DNA of 64,000 nucleotides from Escherichia coli (GCA_002099625.1 GCA_002099625.1_4857.1), one strand, 5' to 3'; positions 9,319 to 18,061 are shown, counted from the stretch's first letter. Notes: generated by a model from the sequence alone, not told the origin. Numbers and translations: made by a program.

Positions 9319-9965
9319 CGAACGAAGAGATCCGCGCCCGTTATTTCCAGCGCGATTTGCCGATTGATCGTCACGGTAATTTCATGGAACGAATCGGTGC
9401 GCAGGATCAGGGTCGTACTGGATTTTGTGCATTACTCCATTACCATCTCATCGAAGGGATGTCTGATAAAGAAGCCCTGGCACGCATGAAGCTGTATGAG
9501 ATGTCGGAGATTGAAGCTAACTTCACATTGAAACGCACGAAAGAGTTTATTGCTAATGTGCTGGAGATTGACCTCGACGAAATTCGCGGGAATCTGAAAT
9601 CTACCGCACGTTACATTTACGAAGACGTGCAGAAGATGCTGTTGGAACTTGACCATCGCTACGAAGATGAGCGCCATGGTTATATCGAGTTTGAAGGTAG
9701 CCACTTTCAAGCCGATGAATCGTCGCGTACCATCCTCGGTCAATATATTCAGGCGGATACCGCACCAGAATACTGGCTCGATACGCTGAATACTAAGCAC
9801 AGTCCGTTTACAGTAGACCAATGTAAAGCGTTGTTGGCCGCTATTGTTGCACGTGACCAAGTGTTGCACTCAGCAATGGCAGATAACAAACGCCAAATCC
9901 GTGAGTTGGCTGAAAAGCGCGATTACACTGGATTAAAAACATTGTCCGAATCTCTCGGCATGTAA
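9294..9965 (+). CDS. hypothetical protein (last gene of operon)
   Basis: 223-aa ORF; GAGGAGGA RBS then ATG; overlaps previous ORF by 25 nt; followed by terminator. Confidence 0.5.
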   Translation: MSVTDKSLTNEEIRARYFQRDLPIDRHGNFMERIGAQDQGRTGFCALLHYHLIEGMSDKEALARMKLYEMSEIEANFTLKRTKEFIANVLEIDLDEIRGNLKSTARYIYEDVQKMLLELDHRYEDERHGYIEFEGSHFQADESSRTILGQYIQADTAPEYWLDTLNTKHSPFTVDQCKALLAAIVARDQVLHSAMADNKRQIRELAEKRDYTGLKTLSESLGM

Positions 9966-9982
9966 GCAAAGAAAATAAAGGC

Positions 9983-10020
9983 CCTACCTCCCCGAAGGGA
10001 GGTAGGTACCTTTTATTTAT
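9983..10020. terminator. bidirectional rho-independent terminator at convergence of plus operon and minus-strand gene
   Basis: CCTACCTCCC-CGAA-GGGAGGTAGG hairpin with T-rich runs on both sides (TACCTTTTATTTATTTC on plus; CTTTATTTTCTTTG on minus). Confidence 0.55.
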
Positions 10021-10046
10021 TTCTTAGAAACTACTAAGTTGTTTTG

Positions 10047-10574
10047 TTAAACGAATCCGTCCAGTTCACCGTTGGTGGTGCTCAGGTCAGTTTTAACGAC
10101 TGGCTGCGTTACAGTATAAACTGCAAGGCTGGCAGGCTGGTATTTAATGTGGCCTTCTTTCACCTTAACAGTGATGATTTTCTCACCACTGTCGCCGTCC
10201 TCGCGTGTAATGGTGAGTTCAGACAATGCAAACGCATCTTCCGTTTTACCGGCAGCAATTAGATCTGCGTTGACAAAAGCAAGCACTTCTTCATCGGTAT
10301 CCCATTCTGCCTGGTCAGCGGTCACTGCTTTCGCACCGATAATGTTCAATGAATTGAGGCGGGTATAATGCAGCTCTTTCTCGCCAGTAAAGTTAGCGGA
10401 TTCCGCGGTGGCAGTGATGGTGAGTTTGGAGTTGCGAGTGTCTCCAGAATCTGCTGGTGAATAGTCGGCAACAGCGCCGAATGTAACGTCAGCAGAAGTT
10501 AACGGACTAGACAGTCCGCTGTTTGCAGCATTAAACAGCGCAACGAGTTGGTCTTTTGCAGAGATGACTGCCAT
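10047..10574 (-). CDS. small fibre-family protein carrying the conserved C-terminal TNGELDGF motif
   Basis: 175 aa, ATG start; C-terminus KTDLSTTNGELDGFV matches C-termini of the three 470-498-aa cassette proteins. Confidence 0.55.
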   Translation of the reverse strand: MAVISAKDQLVALFNAANSGLSSPLTSADVTFGAVADYSPADSGDTRNSKLTITATAESANFTGEKELHYTRLNSLNIIGAKAVTADQAEWDTDEEVLAFVNADLIAAGKTEDAFALSELTITREDGDSGEKIITVKVKEGHIKYQPASLAVYTVTQPVVKTDLSTTNGELDGFV

Positions 10575-10697
10575 GGTTGTTTCCTTATAGTAGGTTTGTG
10601 GTGCATACTAAATCATTCTAAAAAATACATAGTGGGCTTAATATGACAGTAAAGTTGGCTGTTAAACAAGAAATTTTTTACCACTGAAAGGTACTCT

Positions 10698-11189
10698 ATG
10701 AAACGTCTATTTATCGTATTCGCGATTATAAACCTGTTGGCCGGTTGTGTTCAGTCGCCAAGCAACATAGGACAATTTAGCGCCACACCAGTAAAGAATC
10801 ACGACTTGGTGATTTATACATGCACAGGGACGCAGGAGAAGTTTATAGACTACCGTCCGGTTCTGGACAATCTACAGATGATGCCGCGGTCAGTAACAGT
10901 AATGGATGTGGGTGCAAACTGGGTAGCAACGTGGGACGGTGGCAAACTTGAGTCACCGATGATGTTTAAAGATGTGGTTGGCAAAATCGACGGGAATGTT
11001 AACACCACCACGGGCGAGCGTTATTACCGTATTAATAAAACAGCAAACGATAGCCCAACTTATTCTTTTTCGGATGTGAACCCACATACCGGGGAAGGTA
11101 AAGGGATGACATTCTTTCGCTGCAGCGCCGGCTTTATCGACGAAGTTCCTACGCCGATTATGATTGTTCCGTTAGAAGAAAATAAATAA
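10698..11189 (+). CDS. putative lipoprotein
   Basis: 163 aa; N-terminus MKRLFIVFAIINLLAGC = signal peptide with lipobox (LLAGC); lies in the lysis region. Confidence 0.65.
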   Translation: MKRLFIVFAIINLLAGCVQSPSNIGQFSATPVKNHDLVIYTCTGTQEKFIDYRPVLDNLQMMPRSVTVMDVGANWVATWDGGKLESPMMFKDVVGKIDGNVNTTTGERYYRINKTANDSPTYSFSDVNPHTGEGKGMTFFRCSAGFIDEVPTPIMIVPLEENK

Positions 11190-11195
11190 TGCTTA

Positions 11196-11235
11196 CCCAC
11201 TCCCGTAAGGGGAGTGGGTATGGGCTTTATTTACC
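11196..11235 (+). terminator. rho-independent terminator after lipoprotein gene
   Basis: CCCACTCCC-GTAA-GGGGAGTGGG hairpin followed by TATGGGCTTTATTT. Confidence 0.5.
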
Positions 11236-11314
11236 CTCTAAAACGCTCTGTAACGCTCTCTAAACGCATTAAACGTCTTGGATGATAAATGATATTACTT
11301 TTGATTAAAGTGGC

Positions 11315-11830
11315 TTAGATTTTAACTAGCTTGCTCCAATCGATGGGTTGTTGTTTAACCACTTTAACGGTACCACGTGTCGGTGACCAGAAAGTGATAT
11401 CAGGCTGGTTGCGTACGTCAACATGCAGCCAGGTAATATCGCACTCGATAAAGTGAATAAACGGAAACTCGTTAGGGTTCGCGGCAATATAGTCGTGTAC
11501 TTTCTGCAACGGAGTATCAAGCATTGTTGCATCAAACGCATTGCCGAATTTATGCATACTGCCTGATTCCGCGTACAGTTTGTTTGCACGAGTTTGCCAA
11601 TCGCCACCCTTTGGTTTCTCTTGATTAATAAAGAACTGCAGGGTACGCAGACTACGCTGTTGCTGGGAACTGGTTAAAATCACCATCCGCCCAAAACGAT
11701 TACGAATCTGTTGGAGCGAGATTAGCAGTAACGGATTAAGGAAACGAATAGCACCTTCACCGTATTTCGCGATGTACTCCTGCGGCATCAACTCTTTTAA
11801 CGCGAAGTTGGCAGGATTCGGATGAAACAT
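11315..11830 (-). CDS. peptidase M15-like peptidoglycan hydrolase (putative L-alanyl-D-glutamate or D-Ala-D-Ala peptidase)
   Basis: 171 aa; GGAG RBS; motif SMHKFGNAFDA matches the SxHxxGxAxD zinc-binding signature of the VanY/M15 family; downstream WLHVDV supplies a candidate third ligand. Confidence 0.7.
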   Translation of the reverse strand: MFHPNPANFALKELMPQEYIAKYGEGAIRFLNPLLLISLQQIRNRFGRMVILTSSQQQRSLRTLQFFINQEKPKGGDWQTRANKLYAESGSMHKFGNAFDATMLDTPLQKVHDYIAANPNEFPFIHFIECDITWLHVDVRNQPDITFWSPTRGTVKVVKQQPIDWSKLVKI

Positions 11831-11839
11831 TTTCTCTCC

Positions 11840-12481
11840 TTAAGGGGTAGTCAGGAACGCACGTTTGATATTCAAATACTGCACGTTTACCGGTTGCCCA
11901 TTAGTAATGTCAACACGTTCGTGTTCAGGAATCGCTAACGTACGCGACGTTCTAAAGAACAGGTAGTTGCGATTATAGGACAACGTCTTTTCTACCGGCC
12001 GGCTATAAACCACCTTAGAGTTATCGTCTACATAGGACGGCCAACCAAACTCGTGAACGGCATGGTAGAAGGACTTACGAATAAAGGTATCAACGCCTAA
12101 TGCCTCCATGATACGTAAGAACATCAGGTCAGCGAATGTTTTGTCACATGCACGAGATAGATTACCTTCGACAGTGTCAGGGTAAAAGCCTACCGATGAA
12201 CGTTTCTGGTAAAACAAATCATGCACACAAGCGGCAGCGGCCCAAGGCCCATCCGGATGCAGGATAGGACGTAACGCTTCTGGAATGCTTGCCAGGTCCG
12301 TCACAAATCCTCTCGGTACCGTTACCCATAACGGGGTATCCGGATGCACACCTGCTAATGCTACCATCGCATCCATTCCGGTCTGTTCACGATAGAGGCT
12401 GCGCAACGTAAACTCGAAATGGAAATCATCCGTGAGGATAAACCACGGCTTCTCTAACAACTTATACTCAAGTGCTTCCAT
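11840..12481 (-). CDS. hypothetical protein (lysis-region associated)
   Basis: 213-aa ORF, ATG start; no catalytic motif recognised. Confidence 0.5.
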   Translation of the reverse strand: MEALEYKLLEKPWFILTDDFHFEFTLRSLYREQTGMDAMVALAGVHPDTPLWVTVPRGFVTDLASIPEALRPILHPDGPWAAAACVHDLFYQKRSSVGFYPDTVEGNLSRACDKTFADLMFLRIMEALGVDTFIRKSFYHAVHEFGWPSYVDDNSKVVYSRPVEKTLSYNRNYLFFRTSRTLAIPEHERVDITNGQPVNVQYLNIKRAFLTTP

Positions 12482-12488
12482 ACTGACC

Positions 12489-12581
12489 TCACGTCATATA
12501 ACGCACGAGCATCGTGAGGACCATTAATCCCAGTAAAATGGGCATTAAGCCTTTCGGCCAGTCGTCGTTGTCGTATTGCAT
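12489..12581 (-). CDS. candidate small membrane protein (30 aa)
   Basis: hand-translated ORF MQYDNDDWPKGLMPILLGLMVLTMLVRYMT with GGAGGG RBS; one predicted TM helix; between endolysin and downstream genes; too short for the ORF track. Confidence 0.3.
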   Translation of the reverse strand: MQYDNDDWPKGLMPILLGLMVLTMLVRYMT

Positions 12582-12769
12582 GGCTTTACCCTCCGACAGA
12601 AGATCGCGCGTAATAGTTTGAAGAACCCAGAATCGTAATACGTTTCCGGAACGGTTTGTACTTCGGGGAACTTAGGCGGAGTTGGACGGTGGGTCATTAC
12701 GTTTTCTCCTTGCGGCAAAAACAAGGGCGCGCCAGATAGCTTTCATTAAGGCAGCAAACCAATTCTGTT

Positions 12770-13387
12770 TCATTTGCACACCCCCAACTTAGCCACGTAG
12801 TCTGGCATTTCATGATAGACGCGGCCATACCAGCCGTAAGTAAACTCTTCGTTATCCTCACGCCCTTCACTGATTTCCGTGTAATACGCAACCTGATGAC
12901 AGGTTAAAGCGAACATCAGTCGATTCAGGCCCTCTTCCCCACGGGCTTTGATGAAGCCTTCTAACGCTGTTAACGTACGTGGCCCGATACCACCATCGGC
13001 ATCGATATCATCGTATAGTTTACCCTGACGGTTTAATACGTTCAGAATACGTTGCAGGGACTTGATACAGTTACCGCGTCCTGCGTTAATGCCGAAATCA
13101 AACATTCGGTCAGCTAGCAGGACATTCATTTTCATAATCTGGTCTAAACGCATTCGCTGCCACCAGAGCTTGTTGTAAATGTCTAACGCGATTTCTAAGC
13201 TCAGGTCACGCATATCCCCTTTATAGCCATATTCGCGCGCAGTGAGTTCGGTGACACCGCGGTTCGTTGCTTTGCCCAAATCTTTCGGGTTATTAACGTA
13301 ACCGGCTTCGATGTTTACTTTGGCACGAATAATGCCCTCTTTACTCCAACGATCGACCACGATAACCTCCTGAGTTGATAGGGTCAT
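12770..13387 (-). CDS. endolysin, GH108-type lysozyme domain plus peptidoglycan-binding domain
   Basis: ORF 12770-13423 trimmed to second ATG (13387) because the first ATG lies inside the upstream terminator hairpin; EAGYVNNPKDLGKATNRGVT matches the GH108 N-terminal signature (EGGYVNDPxDxGG.T..GIT); C-terminal DADGGIGPRTLTAL matches PG_binding_3-type motif. Confidence 0.8.
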   Translation of the reverse strand: MTLSTQEVIVVDRWSKEGIIRAKVNIEAGYVNNPKDLGKATNRGVTELTAREYGYKGDMRDLSLEIALDIYNKLWWQRMRLDQIMKMNVLLADRMFDFGINAGRGNCIKSLQRILNVLNRQGKLYDDIDADGGIGPRTLTALEGFIKARGEEGLNRLMFALTCHQVAYYTEISEGREDNEEFTYGWYGRVYHEMPDYVAKLGVCK

Positions 13388-13420
13388 AAAAAGAAAGCCT
13401 CTTCCCCACAGGGAAGAGGG
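13386..13420 (-). terminator. rho-independent terminator after 725-aa fibre gene
   Basis: CCTCTTCCC-CACA-GGGAAGAGG hairpin; T-run CTTTCTTTTT on the minus strand. Confidence 0.5.
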
Positions 13421-13465
13421 CATGGGTTATCTTCAGGCTTTAAACCCGTCAAGTTCCTCGTTAAA

Positions 13466-15643
13466 TTACGATAACGGTATCGTTGGCCGCACCCACGGTT
13501 TAGGGGCAGATTTGGTATACGGATTACATTCCATCATTTTACCGAGATACGCATCGTAATACACGAAGCGATCGACGTAGAACTTCTCCACCGGTGCACT
13601 ACTGGTAGCCGATTTCACCCGGTTGCGTTCCACAGCGAGGCTAATCGCCCCGGTAGGTGCGGGTTTTAGCGTGAACATTACCGCGCGGTTGTAACGCCAA
13701 GTGTCGTGCACAATATCAAACTCCGATACACAGTGTGCCATGATACCAAACAATGTGGTGGCTGGTAAGTTGGCTACAGCATCGCCGTATGGTGTTCCCA
13801 CCAAACCGCCGGGTATGTTTTGCTTTTTGAACAGCGTACCTGAAATAATCGTACCTAAGAACTCCACAACTACAGGTTTGGTTGGGTCGGTGACTTTATC
13901 TATCCCATCCGCACTGGCCAATCGGTTGGCATCTAAATCTGCGAGGTAGTCGAGGAACTCTTGGTACTCGTCGGTGACATTCGGTTTCACCGTTCCGACG
14001 GATACCCAGTTGACGATACTTTTATTCCCACCGACGGCTTCGCCTGCCATCCCAGGGCGAGTCCATGACATCCCGTCTTCACGACCGTAGACATAGACTG
14101 GCGAGCCGGTAGCCGGGGTGTTCCATTGCTCGAACGCTGTATATCGTCCCGGCTGGCCCCAATCCCCACCCGGACCGCCATAGTAGCGACTCTGGTAGCC
14201 GGTAAATTGTGCGACGACTAACTGGGTAGCACCGCCTTTGTCACGGGACCCAGCTAAGCCGTTACGGTTATTGGTGCCGCTGGGCACCGCCGCGCCTGGC
14301 CCGAGAGGCGCACCACCAGCTCCACCGATCTTGGTGGTGCTAAACGCATAGTAGTCGCCCCCACCCCCACCACCGGCGATGGTGCCGTAGTTTTCGATGG
14401 TGACTTTGCCGCGGAAGGTATCGGTAATGTGGATTGCGTCAGCTCCGTCTGCTGATGTGTTCGCAGGCAGAGAATAGACCATACCCGAACCACCACGACC
14501 AAGAATGGTTCCCCGGTTAACGAAGTTCCAAACCACCTCGCCAATTTGCGGCAATTCGTCGATAACGAACGTCGGTTTCAGGTTGCTGTCGCGATAAACG
14601 AAAGCCCCCGCATCTACGGTCACGTTAACAAACAAACGCCCGCACGCCGCATGGTTGGTCAACGTTGTGGCCCAGTAGCTGTCCGAAACTTGCGACGTGG
14701 TTGTGTAATTCAGGTTAAGGGTTTGCTCGTTATCTTGATAGCGTGCCACATTCAACGTGGCACTGCCCATGACTTTGTACGAACCCTCCACGGGTGCCAA
14801 TTGCACTTGTCTTGGCCACTCGCCTGTCAAGTTCTCTACAGGAGCAATTTCGTTTACATCAAAAACACTCCGAATGCCGAGTGTCTCGATGGCCAGAGCA
14901 TCGTGCAGGCTACCGGTGAAATCATCCGGGACGTATGTGGTTTTGCCTGCATATGTCTCGAGTTTGTTACGTGAAAAGAACACATACTTCGTCCCAAACA
15001 TCCCGCTCCCCGGTCTAGCGGTCAAAGCCACGACGCTGTTATACGCAGAGGTTTGGCCTATATCCTCCGGGGACATCGGGGCGCTGACATCGACTTTATC
15101 AAGATCCACGATCCGTTTGGCTGCATTAGAGTAGAAGTTAATCCACTGCTGTTTATTCGCAGCCTTTAGCGTGAGAATGATATTGGTAACAGTGTAGACG
15201 GTGTTGATATCCACGTCGCCGTTTATCACATCTAGCGTTTGGCTGCCGTACCAGACAAGACTTGTCTGTTTCGCCTGGAACGTGATGCGCGCAGCATTGT
15301 TTGTCCAAGTGATAGGCAGGTCTTCAAAGTCGTCGGTTAAAAAGGTAATCCCCAGTAAAGTGTCTAAATGCGGCAACAGTTCGTGAATGGATGCACAAGT
15401 GGGAATGGCATCCAACTTAACCTTAGCGAAATAATCAGCAATATTTTGCTTCGTGACTTGGGCCGTAATTTGACCGTAACTTGAATACCCCGGACCCCCT
15501 GTCAGTGTGACGTCTAGGGTTTTTTCGTCATGATGCTCCACGGACACCAGGCGAACGTTAGCGGGGTCTACTGCTTTGGCGACCGCGTTTTTACGGTTGA
15601 GCGACCGAATCACGGTCGCCACTAAATCAGGAGTGTAGGACAT
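13466..15643 (-). CDS. tail-fibre/tailspike-like protein with shared N-terminal module
   Basis: 725 aa, ATG start; N-terminus belongs to the shared module (..VIRSLNRKN...); internal Gly-rich tract GGGGGDYYAFSTTKIGGAGGAPLGPGAA. Confidence 0.65.
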   Translation of the reverse strand: MSYTPDLVATVIRSLNRKNAVAKAVDPANVRLVSVEHHDEKTLDVTLTGGPGYSSYGQITAQVTKQNIADYFAKVKLDAIPTCASIHELLPHLDTLLGITFLTDDFEDLPITWTNNAARITFQAKQTSLVWYGSQTLDVINGDVDINTVYTVTNIILTLKAANKQQWINFYSNAAKRIVDLDKVDVSAPMSPEDIGQTSAYNSVVALTARPGSGMFGTKYVFFSRNKLETYAGKTTYVPDDFTGSLHDALAIETLGIRSVFDVNEIAPVENLTGEWPRQVQLAPVEGSYKVMGSATLNVARYQDNEQTLNLNYTTTSQVSDSYWATTLTNHAACGRLFVNVTVDAGAFVYRDSNLKPTFVIDELPQIGEVVWNFVNRGTILGRGGSGMVYSLPANTSADGADAIHITDTFRGKVTIENYGTIAGGGGGGDYYAFSTTKIGGAGGAPLGPGAAVPSGTNNRNGLAGSRDKGGATQLVVAQFTGYQSRYYGGPGGDWGQPGRYTAFEQWNTPATGSPVYVYGREDGMSWTRPGMAGEAVGGNKSIVNWVSVGTVKPNVTDEYQEFLDYLADLDANRLASADGIDKVTDPTKPVVVEFLGTIISGTLFKKQNIPGGLVGTPYGDAVANLPATTLFGIMAHCVSEFDIVHDTWRYNRAVMFTLKPAPTGAISLAVERNRVKSATSSAPVEKFYVDRFVYYDAYLGKMMECNPYTKSAPKPWVRPTIPLS

Positions 15644-15657
15644 GGTGACACCTTAGT

Positions 15658-16977
15658 CTATAGCGGTGGATACCAAGGGACCGGGGCGGTTTTGCTATAT
15701 GGACTGTAGACCATATAGCCGCCTTTGCTTGGGTCGTAATAGATGAAATAGTTACAGTAATTCGAGTAAATACTCGTCATTTGTTTGGATTGGTATCCGT
15801 TACGGTATAGTCCCTGGTAAGTAATAGCTGATGTCGTGGTGGTGTAAGCAGTGTGGTACAGTACCCGACGCCGGTTAGCAATACTTTCTTGGAACATTTC
15901 TTCGGTCGGAAACGCGTGTTGCATCAGCCGTCGAATACTCCCGGTACAGTATCGAGTGCCATACGGGGAACCCGTTAAATCATCCGCTGTTTCAGGCGCT
16001 TCCGCCCGAGTCAACACGTACTCGTTTTGATACAACGTGACGCTCATCGAATTTGAGCTGGTTTCCCGGAACCTCATGTAACGCGCATAACGTTCGACGT
16101 CCTCTTCCTGCGCCAAATAGGCCACGTTATTTTTCGGACCAAAGTGCAAGAAGAACGGACGGCGGAGATTACCCATATCCTCAGGTGGCGTCAACTTCAC
16201 GCAGTAATTGTACTCCCCACGCATATCAGGGTCTAAGCCTGGGTTGTTATTGCGTGTAGCGACATACCCATAGAGGTCATACGGGTTATCAGTAGCAGCA
16301 TTACCGATAGTGAACGGGATGCCCGACCATGCCGACAGCGCCGCGATGAACTGGGTCATGTACGAGTTACTGTTTAGTCGCAGCGGGGTACCCATCGGGA
16401 TATTGATTATCTGTTGGGTGTACATGCTCCAGTCGAGTCGATAGACCGTGCTGTAAACATCCATGGGTTCCCAAGCTCCGGTTTCGGTGGTGTGGTACAA
16501 GTCGGCAAAGCTGGGCTCTTCACGAATAAAGCTAATTGGAATGTGACCCGTGAATGCGGGGTTATCCGATTTAATCGCCACCGTCCGATCGCCCGTTGCC
16601 ACAGTGATCATTGCAAACTGGCTGTCAGGATACGTTAAATCGTCAGCAGTAAGCACCAGCCCACAAGCTGCGGAAATCCGATCGATGATGTCGCGGTAGG
16701 ACGTCGCCCGATAAGGTACTTTAACCGGTACGCTGACGCCTTTAAAATACTGCGAAAGGTTTAAGCGGTCGTAGTAGATGTCCATCTTACCGCTGTAACC
16801 ACCACCCTGTAATCCGTTTACCACTATACGGCTGTTGCGGCCATCGCGCAAGGCATTGGTTAAAGGACCTTGTAATAACGCCACGTTGGTTGCGTTGAGT
16901 GGTTTCTTGAGCTGCGGGTTATCACGATTAATCTGATCCCAAACCAGCTGCATGACAGGTTTGTTATAGTTGATCAT
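15658..16977 (-). CDS. fibre-family protein with shared N-terminal module
   Basis: 439 aa; N-terminus MINYNKPVMQLVWDQINRDNP ... GRNSRIV ... IYYDRLNLSQYF fits the module consensus. Confidence 0.65.
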   Translation of the reverse strand: MINYNKPVMQLVWDQINRDNPQLKKPLNATNVALLQGPLTNALRDGRNSRIVVNGLQGGGYSGKMDIYYDRLNLSQYFKGVSVPVKVPYRATSYRDIIDRISAACGLVLTADDLTYPDSQFAMITVATGDRTVAIKSDNPAFTGHIPISFIREEPSFADLYHTTETGAWEPMDVYSTVYRLDWSMYTQQIINIPMGTPLRLNSNSYMTQFIAALSAWSGIPFTIGNAATDNPYDLYGYVATRNNNPGLDPDMRGEYNYCVKLTPPEDMGNLRRPFFLHFGPKNNVAYLAQEEDVERYARYMRFRETSSNSMSVTLYQNEYVLTRAEAPETADDLTGSPYGTRYCTGSIRRLMQHAFPTEEMFQESIANRRRVLYHTAYTTTTSAITYQGLYRNGYQSKQMTSIYSNYCNYFIYYDPSKGGYMVYSPYSKTAPVPWYPPL

Positions 16978-16988
16978 TGCAACGTCCT

Positions 16989-17018
16989 AAAAAAAGAAAA
17001 TAGGCCCCGAAGGGCCTA
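16989..17018 (-). terminator. terminator-like hairpin between fibre genes
   Basis: TAGGCCC-CGAA-GGGCCTA hairpin with TTTTCTTTTTTT on the minus strand, directly upstream of the RBS of gene 15658-16977. Confidence 0.45.
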
Positions 17019-17155
17019 TTTTTAGCTGTTATGGTGAAGTACGCTATCCCTTTAACTCCAGCTGATTCGACCTGCGTGTTGGGGATTATCCCGCTGAATG
17101 AGCCGACACAACAGCTCAAGTGCAGTGGATGAGTAAAACCCCATATTAGCTCCTG

Positions 17156-18058
17156 TTAGCTAAGAACCAGTTCGATAACGTGGACTACCGACGCGCTATT
17201 GGTCGAAGAGGTGTACGATGGTAAGTCTGGTGAGCCGCTGCGATAATACCACGGGCTGGCGTTGTCATAACCGTTGGCAAACAATGTTGCGGTTGACTCG
17301 GTTGGACTACTGCCGGAGCGCGTCGGTAAGTCGCCAAAACGTCTTACGATGCCCGCGTACCGGAACAAGCTTGCGAACGTGTTGTGCCACTCGCCGTCTT
17401 GAAAATAACCACCGCTGCTTAGGTAGGTGCTGTGCCCATAACTGTAGTCTCCGAGTCGAGGCAAACGTACCACATACTCGTAACCGTCTTTATTAAATGT
17501 CCGACGCTGGTTAGTGGTAGTGACGCTCCGCGGCGGGAAACCGTAGTCATCTGTTCCCCAGGCCAGACCTTGCTGGTATTGTTCGTTCCACGTCGTCCCT
17601 AAACGGGTCACCGTGTCAGGAATGAACAGAATGCGTCCTTTGAAAACGAATTTATGGAACAATGTTGGAGCTTGGTTCCAGGCATTAAAGCCAATTAAAC
17701 CATTCAGCTCGGCATGGTTAAGAATAAATTCTTCGTTTGTCAGTGTGCCAAAGTAGCCACGATGCCAGTCGCCACGAATAAGTTCCTGTGGGCCGGGTCC
17801 TGTCATTGGAAAGTCGCCCTGTACAATCGGCAGCCCCATAACCTTTTCAGTGCCCTTTACCGCCACGATGCGATATTGATACGTTTTATACGCTTCGGTG
17901 GTCTTGTCCTCGTACGTCGTTGTGTTACCTGGTAGTGTTACAATAGGTTCCCCCGGTGCTACTGGGTTAACATTTTGTCTGGGGTTGTCGTAACGATAGA
18001 TTTCAATGGAATCCAAAGTCTGACCTGGCTGTTGTTTCCAGTTTAAGATAATCGACAT
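17156..18058 (-). CDS. fibre cassette 3, gene c (300-aa family)
   Basis: ATG start; paralogue of 20525-21424 and 23939-24862 (shared IEIYR..., TGPGPQ.L..GDW..GYFGT, YEYVVRLP motifs). Confidence 0.65.
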   Translation of the reverse strand: MSIILNWKQQPGQTLDSIEIYRYDNPRQNVNPVAPGEPIVTLPGNTTTYEDKTTEAYKTYQYRIVAVKGTEKVMGLPIVQGDFPMTGPGPQELIRGDWHRGYFGTLTNEEFILNHAELNGLIGFNAWNQAPTLFHKFVFKGRILFIPDTVTRLGTTWNEQYQQGLAWGTDDYGFPPRSVTTTNQRRTFNKDGYEYVVRLPRLGDYSYGHSTYLSSGGYFQDGEWHNTFASLFRYAGIVRRFGDLPTRSGSSPTESTATLFANGYDNASPWYYRSGSPDLPSYTSSTNSASVVHVIELVLS

Positions 18059-18061
18059 GTT

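Noticed and set aside
13388-13423. Upstream ATG (13423) as start of the endolysin gene
   Set aside because: The first 12 codons would lie inside the stem of the upstream terminator hairpin; the second ATG at 13387 gives a normal GH108 N-terminus.
14546-15134. Plus-strand ORFs 14546-14974 and 14757-15134 inside the 725-aa fibre gene
   Set aside because: Antisense to a long, family-supported minus-strand gene; no RBS; typical shadow ORFs.
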